From Tortispora ganteri (lineage: Eukaryota): 20,000 bases of DNA. Below, piece by piece: positions 1-9,383 of this stretch. The notes beneath the pieces are model-generated. The model did not search any database. It was given only the letters and a program-made list of their open reading frames with translations, and was not told the origin of the DNA. The translations under genes were made by a program, and so were the position numbers. Each line of letters starts with the position of its first letter. Position 1 is the first letter of the stretch. The stretch lies in NCBI GenBank assembly GCA_003707115.1, contig PPNB01000003.1, positions 603,692 through 623,691 of the forward strand, given 5' to 3'.

Positions 1-3000
1 TTTAATTCAACTACCTTGGCTAGACAGCTAGGCGCATCTTTCTTAGGCATCATTGCTCTTGAACCAGGTGGTGCATCAGATGGGGTATAATAAGATAGTA
101 AAACCAAGTCACCATCGTTCAAAGTCAAATTATTATAATTATCAAGATCGATAGTAAGAGTAACATCGATGAAGTCATCTACAGTTGCCCTATTGGTTAT
201 AGATGCACGGAAAGGTCTCTCGGCCAATTCCTGCTTAGAGCGCTGTAACCCTTGCCAGGCTTCAAGAATTAACAAAGGACCCATGTACTCTTGATACGAA
301 AGCACAGAAGAATATTCCGTAGGTAGTGGCTTCAAGCTATTAGGTGATATGCCATTAGGATACTCAGACTCATCGTGATAATTCCATACCAAAATATGAC
401 GCAATAGTGGTCTAAGATCCACATTCAGCCTGGCACGCATATTCCTCTCAGATTGTTCCCTCGAGGTTCCCGCGCGAAATCCAGAATAACCAGGTATATC
501 AATTTCTGTGATCTTAGCTCTGCTATTGGCAGCATTAATACGATTCGAAGAGACTGCAGTCTTATTCTCTTTTTTGAGGCCTAAGATGCCGTCCTCCTCA
601 TCTTCTGAAGAAGAAGAGCTTAAATATTTCTCGAACTCGGAGCGATTGGATGGAGTCGACTTTTCTTTGGTATTGAACCCGGGAGGTCTGGGTGGATGGA
701 TAATCGGCTTAGGTTTTTTGGACATAGTTTCAAATGACTGAGCCATCTGCTGCTGGCGCTTCTCGTTCAATTCATGTCTCATCGAAGCTAACAAAGTCTT
801 AGGTGTCGAACCAACAGGTGGAGGTATGACCTTGCCGGGAATGCTGATAGGGCTAGCTGAACCGGTTACTGGTTCGGTACGTTTCATTCTGGCAATGGTG
901 TCAGTGATTCTCCGCTGACCACTAGAGACGTTTGAACCAGACATAGTGTGCTCATTAAGGGAGCTGTGTTTGAAAATCCCACTTTTCTGAGAACCAGATT
1001 TTAGCCAATTCAAGATCGTGTTAGAAGGGGTATGCATAACTTGAGCTGTAGGGGCCTCAGGCTCGGCTGAAAATTCACTTTGATACCCAATATTATTGAG
1101 CATCAAGATAATTTCATTACATTGATCTTCAGAAAGATTGTTCCTATTCTTTTTGGCTTTATGAGCAAGTTTATCAAGTGTTTCCAACACAGAATGTGGT
1201 AATTTCACATTAGGTGACCCAAAAAGCTTCAAAAGGCGCGTAACCAACCTCACAGAAGAATCCAACAAAGCGTCATCATTGAGTTTCAACCATTGAATTA
1301 TGACACTCATATAAGGCAGCAAGGTAGATAAGAGCATCTCTCCATTAGATGACAATACTAAGGGACTAGAAAGCTCGCTTGAAGCAGGAAAAGAGCTTGA
1401 ATCATTTTGGCTAGACAAAGACTGTTCTAGCGTAGTAAAAACCCTTGTTAACGAATTAGCAAGATCCAGAACGTCACGAGTGAAATCCACAAGAAGCTCT
1501 TTTGGGTATTTTAGTGCCCAGGATAAGGTCATTCTAAATGCAGTTCCCAGAAATAACCATGTGGTCTTCCAGTACCTCAATATCGCGCTTTTGTCATTCT
1601 CATCCAATGCCCTTGATACAATACTGGATCGAGAATCAAACAAAACAGTGTATACATCTAACAAAACTGAACAGGCATATGGAAACGGTTCGTAAGATAG
1701 TTTATCGCAAACAAACTTAAGACTGTCACAGAAAGATTCCATTGCACAGCTGAACATCTTTCCTTCAAATATAGATATTAGAGCCTCCAAACGACCAGAA
1801 ACATCGTATGCTTGCCTGAGAATGTCTACACTTCCTTGACTAATAGATTTCTCCCGGCAAAAAGTAAACTGAAATATGAGGGCCAACCCTTGAGGATTTC
1901 TAACCAAAGATTGCAAGGTTTTCACATCAAAAGAATTGATAGCGTTCATGTAGGATGCTGTAGAAGCCTTAAAAAAATCCAATGCGTTATTATAGTTCAA
2001 ACGACTTGTTCTGTCTGGGTTATTAGGTGCAACAGGAAGTGCTTCACACACTGTGACACTTTTTATAGAGTCCATAAGTTCTATGACAGAATTTAAGCTA
2101 TAAAGCTTTAAACTTGATGTGGAGTGTTTCCAGAACCGAGATGGAGTAAAAGTAAACTGTTGAGAGGAGGGTATTCCAGACCATGAAAGGCCTGTTCGAC
2201 ATACTATATCAACTTCCAGTTGCAATATACGATTAGTCAGTGAAATAGCATAAGGATGAGATTTAACAGCAGAAAGCTTTCCACCAGACTCATCAATTGC
2301 AGTAGATGGTTCATTGAAAGCACGCTCAATTATCAAATTCTGCGATTCCAAAACCAGAGCGCGCAATGGAATTCCATTTCCAGCAGCAGAAGCCTGAGGT
2401 GTGCTTAAGTTAGAAGCAAAATAGACGTCTATAGAGGTTATAAGAAGTTGGAACAGTACTTTAATAAGATCATCGTGATGCTGCGGAGAAAGGTTCGGTT
2501 CATAATAAATTCCAAGTAATGAGGAGACAAATACTCTCAAAACGGAGGGAAGAAGATTTGGTGGCAAAGACGTGAAAAAAACCTTGACAAAATTAATAAA
2601 TGATTCACATGTACCTTCTAATAGTATGCAGTATCCACCATCTTGCGTTTTCGCACTTAGAATGTTAGAATATAGTAAAGCAAACTCAGTTGGAGACATA
2701 TTCTGAAAAGAGGACCAAAATCCAGCAGGATAGGAAGAAAAAATACAGGATATGCAGTCAGAGAATGATGAGAACAAATTTTCTGCAATATAACTAATGG
2801 AATGACTTTTGATTGTCCTTAATATATAGTCGTGGAAGCTCGATGTGGTAGGAAAAAGCCGACAAATAGCAGTAGGAGATAGTTTTCCAAGTAAAACAGA
2901 TACAGAATTCCAGACCATACTTTCTTGAGTAGGATCAGAAATAGTCTTGTGATATTTCAAGAACCGGTCAAGTTGGTCAACCAGGAGATCATCAATGTCA

Positions 3001-3662
3001 GCAGGTTGTATAAGAGAGTTCCGTGTAGCAATAGTTTTACAAGCCCATTTATTATACTGCGGATCTGTCGAGAATATAAATGTTAAAATACCAGGTACCA
3101 ATTCCGAAGACAAGCGTAAGAATTTGCCATTCGTTTGTAAACCGAAGAAGACCCTCTTAAAAATATGATTAAACTGCTGATCATCAAAAATCATCGGAGA
3201 GCAGAGAGCATCATAGATAGCACTTAATACATGCGGAAGACTGGCAATTTTCAAATCAGGAATCTGTTCCAGTTTTTCGGAAGCGTCTAATAGCGCTGGC
3301 GTTACGCGTTCAATATCTTCTGAAAATAGAATGGAGATCAACTCTGAGTAACGCTGAGCAGGAATGAATTCAGATAGCTTTAGACGACTCAAATGAAATG
3401 GCTTAATGCACTTGTAACAATTTCTTAAATGATTATTAACAGTAAATACAAACCAATTTCTGTCCTCGTCTGCATTTAAATATGTAATGATTGCATAGGT
3501 AGCTATAGTAGCAGTACCGTCTGTCTCCTTCCACCAGTGCGAGTCAGAATCAGTATGCTTTAAATAGTCTATAGAAGCACGCAAGGCAGTCTCGACATTC
3601 TCATTAGTGTATGGCTTATTCCAAAGGCTTAGAATAGCAGACTTGCTTCTTGCATGTTCCAT
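1..3662 (-). CDS. SEN1: Sen1/senataxin RNA-DNA helicase, 5' part (N-terminal SEN1_N domain and start of helicase region); continues beyond the left edge
   Basis: ATG at 3662 (MEHARSKSAILSLWNK...). The same frame is open in the stretches I translated (start, ~1800, left end), and it is missing from the ORF track, consistent with having no stop in the window. Motifs: HWW...CYKCIKPFH near the N-terminus; MRARLNVDLRPLLRHILVWNYH...YQEYMGPLLILEAWQGLQRSK and DGDLVLLS...CLAKV near the left end, all typical of fungal Sen1. Confidence 0.9.
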   Translation of the reverse strand, partial: MEHARSKSAILSLWNKPYTNENVETALRASIDYLKHTDSDSHWWKETDGTATIATYAIITYLNADEDRNWFVFTVNNHLRNCYKCIKPFHLSRLKLSEFIPAQRYSELISILFSEDIERVTPALLDASEKLEQIPDLKIASLPHVLSAIYDALCSPMIFDDQQFNHIFKRVFFGLQTNGKFLRLSSELVPGILTFIFSTDPQYNKWACKTIATRNSLIQPADIDDLLVDQLDRFLKYHKTISDPTQESMVWNSVSVLLGKLSPTAICRLFPTTSSFHDYILRTIKSHSISYIAENLFSSFSDCISCIFSSYPAGFWSSFQNMSPTEFALLYSNILSAKTQDGGYCILLEGTCESFINFVKVFFTSLPPNLLPSVLRVFVSSLLGIYYEPNLSPQHHDDLIKVLFQLLITSIDVYFASNLSTPQASAAGNGIPLRALVLESQNLIIERAFNEPSTAIDESGGKLSAVKSHPYAISLTNRILQLEVDIVCRTGLSWSGIPSSQQFTFTPSRFWKHSTSSLKLYSLNSVIELMDSIKSVTVCEALPVAPNNPDRTSRLNYNNALDFFKASTASYMNAINSFDVKTLQSLVRNPQGLALIFQFTFCREKSISQGSVDILRQAYDVSGRLEALISIFEGKMFSCAMESFCDSLKFVCDKLSYEPFPYACSVLLDVYTVLFDSRSSIVSRALDENDKSAILRYWKTTWLFLGTAFRMTLSWALKYPKELLVDFTRDVLDLANSLTRVFTTLEQSLSSQNDSSSFPASSELSSPLVLSSNGEMLLSTLLPYMSVIIQWLKLNDDALLDSSVRLVTRLLKLFGSPNVKLPHSVLETLDKLAHKAKKNRNNLSEDQCNEIILMLNNIGYQSEFSAEPEAPTAQVMHTPSNTILNWLKSGSQKSGIFKHSSLNEHTMSGSNVSSGQRRITDTIARMKRTEPVTGSASPISIPGKVIPPPVGSTPKTLLASMRHELNEKRQQQMAQSFETMSKKPKPIIHPPRPPGFNTKEKSTPSNRSEFEKYLSSSSSEDEEDGILGLKKENKTAVSSNRINAANSRAKITEIDIPGYSGFRAGTSREQSERNMRARLNVDLRPLLRHILVWNYHDESEYPNGISPNSLKPLPTEYSSVLSYQEYMGPLLILEAWQGLQRSKQELAERPFRASITNRATVDDFIDVTLTIDLDNYNNLTLNDGDLVLLSYYTPSDAPPGSRAMMPKKDAPSCLAKVVEL

Positions 3663-3828
3663 GTAGAGAAAAAAAAAAGTTTGGAACGGGGATCAGAATC
3701 GTGTTTTCATATGGGTGTAATTAAGTTTTACAGTAAAGGAAAACGGGGTTTCACTTTTAAATTATTGTACGCGTTACTCTTTTTTCGAAGAAATAAATAT
3801 AATATATCTTTCGAAAGTAGACATTAAA

Positions 3829-5523
3829 TTAAGATCGTAGCCAAAAAATGCAATCGTAAAAATCAATAACTGCAACGGTAGCCAAATATTTTAGATAGCT
3901 GTATGGAACTAGGATAATAGAAAACCATCTCTTTCGAAATCTTGCACGGTCGAATGCTAGTTTCGTCCATGCAGCGTATTTGGCCATAATGAGGAATTGC
4001 TTATACGACCGCGGTTTATCTTTTGAAACAATATCACATTTAGCTCTTTGTATTAGGCTCATGTCGTCCTTTGGTCCATCGTAGTCTGCAAACAATAAAG
4101 ACTCATCGAGATTCCTTACAAGATCGTTAGTTTTGAAAATCAATAGAACTATGGGTGGAACGTGCGAGAGTAATCGTATAATCTTGCCAAATATAGATCC
4201 TCCTGCCACTGATGCAACCATTTTTTCCCTTTCTTCCTTTGTTCTAAAGGAATTCAAAAATTCCTTAGACTCAACAGCTTTGCTCGTTCGACCAGTTATA
4301 ACAGAAACAAACAAGGTCAAATCTGAGTCTTTAATGTGAGCAAACTCTTTAGCATAGCATTTCATTCCCTCAAGGTCTCCAGATATTAATGAGAGCCATA
4401 AACCAGCATAGTTGTATCGTGTACTCAATGAAACTTGACGATAAAGTCCATGATCATACAGTATAATCTCAAAGTTATGTCCATTCTTAGGCTTCTCCAG
4501 TGCGCGAATAGCTAAGTTTCCTCCGTGCGGGTCGCAATGCAAATTTACTCCCGGCGTAAAAATCATGTCATTAAATAGGTTAGCTAAACATTCAGCAACT
4601 TGTCGTCGAGAAATAGCATGCTTATAAAGATACTCTCCATCGTCTAATCGCGCACCTTCAACGTACTCCATCACAAGAATCCTCGGAACGCACCAGTGTA
4701 TTTTTGGAATTCTGACAGCAGTTAGTTTTTGATAGTTTTTTGTCGAAAAATGCTCACTCGTCCTAATAGCATTGTCTGCTTCAGCCGTAAAATCTAGTTC
4801 AACAAATATGCTGCTCTCGAGTTCATCTGCGAGCCATATCATAGGATATTGTGGGAAAAAATAGTTCATAGCTGTGAAGATTGCCCTAGTCGTAGTAACA
4901 TCGATAGGAATAAATCGCTTAAGTGAAGGATGTTGCAGCTTAACTGCAACATTCTCTCCTGTAGATTTAGTTATAGCTTTGTGAACTTGCGCGAGTGATG
5001 CAGTGCCCAAAGGTTCTGAAGAAAATTCTGCAAATAGGTCATTAATGTCATGTCCGGTGTCTTCTTTGATCATTTCAGCTATATCATCGATGGACGACAC
5101 AGGACATTGATCTTGCAGTGGAATAAACGTGGTAGTCCACTCAGGAGGAAGCACATAAGTCATAGCTGACACATGTTGGCCTAATTTGATGAATATCCCG
5201 GCATTTGTCTCGATCAACTTCAGTGCTCTATTGGCACACCTGAGATGACAAGCTTTAAGCGCCTCTTCGTCGTCCTTACGTAGAGTCCACCCATAATCAG
5301 CAAAACATAAACTGACAACTGGAATAACCCTGCCTACTCTTAGTAATGCGGTAGCGTGATACTTCACATCATCATAGTAGACGAGCCCTGTCGCTGATAA
5401 AGCCACAGCTCCAAATATCTGTACAGAGCGTTTTACAGATATATTCCATGAAGGCTGTGTACCATGAAAACGACTAAACGGCCGCTGAAAAATACGAACT
5501 CTAAAACCATAGAATTTCTTCAT
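3829..5523 (-). CDS. MCP2: Mitochondrial ABC1/UbiB-family atypical kinase, ADCK1/Mcp2 (Cqd2) type
   Basis: Motifs KLGQ (KxGQ), ASLAQVH, VAVKLQHP, ELDF, HCDPHGGNLAIR and LYDHGLY. The first ATG is at 5523 and is followed by a basic, acid-free presequence-like N-terminus. The ORF-track start at 5556 is non-ATG. Confidence 0.85.
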   Translation of the reverse strand: MKKFYGFRVRIFQRPFSRFHGTQPSWNISVKRSVQIFGAVALSATGLVYYDDVKYHATALLRVGRVIPVVSLCFADYGWTLRKDDEEALKACHLRCANRALKLIETNAGIFIKLGQHVSAMTYVLPPEWTTTFIPLQDQCPVSSIDDIAEMIKEDTGHDINDLFAEFSSEPLGTASLAQVHKAITKSTGENVAVKLQHPSLKRFIPIDVTTTRAIFTAMNYFFPQYPMIWLADELESSIFVELDFTAEADNAIRTSEHFSTKNYQKLTAVRIPKIHWCVPRILVMEYVEGARLDDGEYLYKHAISRRQVAECLANLFNDMIFTPGVNLHCDPHGGNLAIRALEKPKNGHNFEIILYDHGLYRQVSLSTRYNYAGLWLSLISGDLEGMKCYAKEFAHIKDSDLTLFVSVITGRTSKAVESKEFLNSFRTKEEREKMVASVAGGSIFGKIIRLLSHVPPIVLLIFKTNDLVRNLDESLLFADYDGPKDDMSLIQRAKCDIVSKDKPRSYKQFLIMAKYAAWTKLAFDRARFRKRWFSIILVPYSYLKYLATVAVIDFYDCIFWLRS

Positions 5524-5674
5524 ACAGGCTAACCGCGTACGTTTACTATGCAACAATCTACCGCTAAATATTCGAATTCTACAAAGGAAAGAAGGTCATA
5601 TTATGAGAAATAGCTTCAAAGATTAGGGTTAATCCATCAACTAAACAATGAACGGTTTAACAAACGTGCACTTT

Positions 5675-6079
5675 TCAATCGCGCTTTGCTGCGATAAAAT
5701 AAGTGTACGTAGCATTCTTAGTATCCCATGGTCCATCTGGTTCGGCATATATGTCACTTTCAATGATCTTCTTAGCTTCATCAATGCTTTCTACATCTAA
5801 AATAAGAGCCGAGCCGATGAAGGGCAGAGGCTTGCCCTCCGCTATGGCTTCTGCAGGGTCACTGCTGAAACATCCTCCGCCCGCAATTGATTTTTTACCA
5901 AGCAAGTTTGCTTTGAAGTTCTCAAGGTGTTGTCCACGACGCTGCATGCGCTGCTCGTAGAATCCTGGCTTATCGGGAATTTGGACAAGGAATTGAGGCA
6001 TGTTTAAGAGTTTAGAAGTGTGTAAAAATTTAGCCTGTATAAATGATCGTCTGACACACGGTGTTCGGATATACTTCAT
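5675..6079 (-). CDS. YCII-related (dimeric alpha-beta barrel) protein with a probable mitochondrial presequence
   Basis: From the second ATG (6001): MPQFLVQIPDKPG...R.RRGQHL...GG.....P.....GSALILDVESIDEAKKIIESDIY...W, the YCII pattern. An upstream in-frame ATG at 6079 adds 26 aa rich in R/K/S/T. Confidence 0.8.
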   Translation of the reverse strand: MKYIRTPCVRRSFIQAKFLHTSKLLNMPQFLVQIPDKPGFYEQRMQRRGQHLENFKANLLGKKSIAGGGCFSSDPAEAIAEGKPLPFIGSALILDVESIDEAKKIIESDIYAEPDGPWDTKNATYTYFIAAKRD

Positions 6080-6199
6080 ATAATCAATAAAGATTAATTC
6101 CCGGATATTCGAATGCTCGTAATGTCGATTGTGAAGACCTTTAAGCGTGGAAGTGAATATCTCTACCCCGGGTTTCAACGTATTCTAATTTCACCCATA

Positions 6200-6208
6200 G
6201 TCACGTGA
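6200..6208. promoter_or_regulatory. Cbf1-type bHLH site (GTCACGTGA) in the divergent YCII / RNase MRP RNA promoter
   Basis: Exact RTCACGTG consensus, about 50 bp upstream of the MRP RNA 5' end. Confidence 0.5.
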
Positions 6209-6257
6209 TAAACAACCTGTTAAAGTTGCAACATTTTCACTCAAATTTCTTTTCTTC

Positions 6258-6604
6258 GACTCCATACCAAAAACAATTGCCATCGGAGCATACAAACGGG
6301 CTAATTTCGTCTCGAAAATAGTTAATATTAGCTCCGGGGAAAGTCTCCGGTCATCATGTTACTATGGTCTTGAAAAGAAGCTGTCAAAGGCTTCTTGGAT
6401 GGAATTGGAAACATAGAGCACGACGCTTTTTGGATCTGGCCGCTAGGTCTTAGACCATACCAAAGTGTCCGCGCTGCGGGGGCTGGATCCAACTTCGGCA
6501 TTATTGCAAAGCTATCTGGCTTGTGCATGATCACAGTCATGGCAATTGCTTTTCTGCTTGTCGGAAAGGTAACCCGATGGAGCTTAGTCTTGCGGTATGG
6601 AGTT
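6258..6604 (+). ncRNA. NME1: RNase MRP RNA subunit
   Basis: P1: GACTCCATACC (6258-6268) pairs with GGTATGGAGTT (6594-6604). P2: CAATTGCCAT (6274-6283) pairs with ATGGCAATTG (6539-6548). P3: CGGAGC...GCTCCG with an ATACAAACGG internal loop. Conserved regions: CR-I GGAAAGTCTCC (6338-6348), GAAAA (GARAR) at 6372-6376, CR-IV-like CACAGTCATGGC, CR-V GTAACCCGATGGAGCTTA (6569-6586). Length ~347 nt, close to the S. cerevisiae NME1 as I recall it. Confidence 0.93.
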
Positions 6605-6696
6605 CATCTTTTACCATTTCTATATTTTTAGAGACCTGTGGAGTATGCTATACGTCCATTTGCACCGTCAAAAGTGCAGGGCTCAATAATACGATA

Positions 6697-6766
6697 GTCA
6701 ATGATGAAACTTAAACCATAGAGTCAAGCTCTGAGTTTTCGAAGTGAAGAGTGTAATTTCTGAGAC
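6697..6766 (+). ncRNA. SNR66: Box C/D snoRNA, snR66-like; guide for LSU rRNA 2'-O-methylation (Um2417 in S. cerevisiae numbering)
   Basis: Box C ATGATGA 6701-6707, D' CTGA 6731-6734, C' GTGAAGA 6744-6750, D CTGA 6760-6763, terminal GTC/GAC. The guide TAGAGTCAAGCT (6719-6730) is complementary to the conserved 25S sequence AGCUUGACUCUA, and the D+5 rule points to the second U of GCUUG. Confidence 0.88.
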
Positions 6767-6848
6767 CAAAACAAAAACCCATAAACATGTAACTTAATAA
6801 TAATGATTATTATTATCTTCTCGTACTAGGTCAAGTATATCGAACTCT

Positions 6849-8153
6849 TCAATCGACTTTCCAGTGGTCATTGTACTCCGAAGTTCCAGACCCGGAAGCA
6901 ATTTCTGAAGTATATAATACAAGAACAGATATCATATTGGCAAAATTCCAAAGGTGCCACGTAGATAAAGTTATGCGGTATTGTACAAGAGTCTCTGAAG
7001 CTGAAATTAGTAAAGCAGATTGTGAAGAAGCTAGCCAAGATGTGAGCCAAGGAGGGGTTATAGTTGTTGTAGGGTGTAATAGGCAAAGATGATGCATGAC
7101 CAAGTGTGTATATACTGGAACAACGATAGGTAAGGCATAGGCACGAACGATCGAATCATAGTACTTGCGCGAAGGCGTCTTCGGAGGTGTGGCAATATTT
7201 GGAATGATTCGCATGAGCGCGTAATACAAGACAAATACCCTGTAAACAAGCGATACAGCCACAGAAGGAGGAACAGTTTGCTGAGCAGCGTGAGATACAA
7301 ACTGGATAAAGGTTCTAAAAGATCCCGGGATAGCAGAGGCTATAGCTGCTGCAAAACTTTTATAAGAGTGCAGTATTATGGGGGGAAGAGGAGGCAGAGG
7401 TGGTGGTGATGACGAGGAAGTGGAAGATGAAGCAGTTTGGCTATTGCCCGAAATAGGCAAATGAGCGGTGGAGAAATCTGTGAAAGTTTCATAAACGCAA
7501 TAGACAACGTAAGATATGAGCATTGCACTTTCTATAGTATTTCCACGAGCAGAAACCATGCCATACACAGCTAAAATCACAGTGAGAGTGATAATTACAC
7601 CTAACGCAGAGGCAGAAGGGGGTGATTGCGATACTGAGGGGAAGCAAGCAGTGCGATACAAGAAGAAAGCAGACACAGAAATCAGTATCGCAGAGAAAAT
7701 AAGAGAGATGATCATCCAAGTATCCTTTGAACTGGTAGATCGAGCGCGATTTGCGATTGCGCGACTAGTGGATTGAATGACTAGAAGGGTACAAAAGCCC
7801 TCCAATATGGTAAACCAAGCTGTAGCGTTCTCCAAAAACCAATCCCAGATAGAAATAGCTATAGAAAATCCAGGTAATGGGGGTGCATTGTTATTAGCGT
7901 ATATGTTAAGCAATATGATGAATATGCTCGGAATCAGAAGTACCTGGGCCAAGGATAATAGCGCAGACACGGGTTTAGTAATAGCGGTTTTCGCGATGAG
8001 AAGACGTGTAGTGGCGAAGAACATTGACATGAGGTCGAGAGCCAAAGTAAAAGCTAAGCCACATTGCCTACCGCCAAGATCGAAAGATAGAGGAACGGTG
8101 AGTAGCACCAATGCTACAAAAAGGAGAGAGTTTAAGGAGAGTAAGGTACTCAT
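6849..8153 (-). CDS. ICE2: Ice2 multi-pass ER membrane protein
   Basis: N-terminal PLSFDLGGRQCGLAFTL, FTILEGFCTLLVIQ, GNTIESAML, SLVYR, and C-terminal W.F.N...VLVLY..E; many hydrophobic segments. Confidence 0.88.
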   Translation of the reverse strand: MSTLLSLNSLLFVALVLLTVPLSFDLGGRQCGLAFTLALDLMSMFFATTRLLIAKTAITKPVSALLSLAQVLLIPSIFIILLNIYANNNAPPLPGFSIAISIWDWFLENATAWFTILEGFCTLLVIQSTSRAIANRARSTSSKDTWMIISLIFSAILISVSAFFLYRTACFPSVSQSPPSASALGVIITLTVILAVYGMVSARGNTIESAMLISYVVYCVYETFTDFSTAHLPISGNSQTASSSTSSSSPPPLPPLPPIILHSYKSFAAAIASAIPGSFRTFIQFVSHAAQQTVPPSVAVSLVYRVFVLYYALMRIIPNIATPPKTPSRKYYDSIVRAYALPIVVPVYTHLVMHHLCLLHPTTTITPPWLTSWLASSQSALLISASETLVQYRITLSTWHLWNFANMISVLVLYTSEIASGSGTSEYNDHWKVD

Positions 8154-8753
8154 CTAACTGAAAGGCAGAAGAAAGTAACGAAGGTTCGTAGTCTGGAGTC
8201 CAGCCAAACCAGATAAAAGAAAAAAGTCCGGAAAAGAAAATTACCCGAGAATACGAATAACTTTTACAAATTGAAATTAATAGAAGAGACAAAGATCGAA
8301 GTATAGGACTGCTATTAGACGTGAAGGGTCGATTATTATGTTGTTATGGGAGTGAAAGGTCACTTTGGTGGGTGTGTGCGGCGCATTACTGTCCCTGTTA
8401 ACTATGCGTGTGCTGTAAGGTAAACTTTATACCGCTAGAGACTCATAGTGGTACTTGATTACCGATTCATAATGGATGCTTCAGTTTGCTGTTTTAATAT
8501 AGCGTCATAAACCTAATTATTTTAGTTTGAGTAATCTATCAGAAAAAGTGAATATGGACTGCATATTATGGTTTATCAAGCCTATATCTGTTCAGTGAAA
8601 CTCGCTGGTTTTTATGAAATCCACCAGTTGAGAAAACACCAACAGCCCGTACGAAAAGTGTTATAGTATTATGACATGTAATTTCTGTTTAATATTTCAG
8701 TTCATAATAGCAGAAAGTTTGTGTATGTGGCCTATGGTTTATGAGAGAGTTGA

Positions 8754-9383
8754 AGATTGACATTCGTACCTCAACCGTTATTGGTTGCTAATTGCCTTAC
8801 TTATGTATGGTCATATTATGAAGAAATTCATGTGTCTGTTTCCGCTGGGGTGGATGTACCTATTGATATATCATTAGTGATCACAACTATTTTGGTGCAT
8901 TAACCTTCTAGCATACCGTCCGCTACGGAAACTTCTACAGCGGGATCTTTAGCAGTCAACGTTTATGATTGCCCTATTGAGCCCTCGTACGAGGTTGCTT
9001 CTGCACACGTTGTTGCCTACTCAATCGACACTGTGCCTGCTGACCAACAATACTATTATGGTAGTTGTTATAGGCTTCTGCCTCGAAACGGAGGCCTCGA
9101 TATAGCAATTTCAGAAAGCTCTATTGTTATATCTCAATCGGCAAAACATTCAATACTGTCAATCGTTGATATAATGTTCTATACGTAAGGTGATTTCAGA
9201 TCATCTACAGTTGCCATATTACCAACAAACTCATATTCCTTCTGTACATCTTTGCAGGGGAACTAACAATTAGATGCTCTGATATGTAACACCGAAGAAC
9301 TACGCGTATAAAACTTCGTAGGAACTTCTGAGAACGACGAATGGAATCTTGATTTGGCATCATCTGCGAATGACATCTATTAA
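8754..9383 (+). pseudogene. Possible decayed coding sequence (Ser/Thr linker plus beta-rich segments)
   Basis: One frame runs ~209 codons with only four internal TAA stops (8901, 9186, 9264, 9309) and a 94-codon open stretch (8904-9185) with protein-like GNN codon bias. No start codon or family recognised. Confidence 0.3.

Noticed and set aside
508..2096. Short + strand ORFs at 508, 1480, 1538 and 1812
   Set aside because: Antisense shadows of the long SEN1 frame.
6328..6714. Three short ORFs (70, 78 and 63 aa)
   Set aside because: They overlie the RNase MRP RNA, spacer and snoRNA, whose base-pairing and conserved boxes explain the sequence; no protein family is evident.
1..6766. Functional cluster of SEN1 (snoRNA termination helicase) with the MRP/snoRNA locus
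   Set aside because: Two unrelated genes intervene; proximity is most simply chance without cross-species synteny data.
6868..8292. Multiple short ORFs overlapping ICE2, plus those inside MCP2, PDB1, CUZ1 and BEM1
   Set aside because: Alternate-frame or antisense shadows of well-conserved genes, mostly with non-ATG starts and no recognisable motifs.
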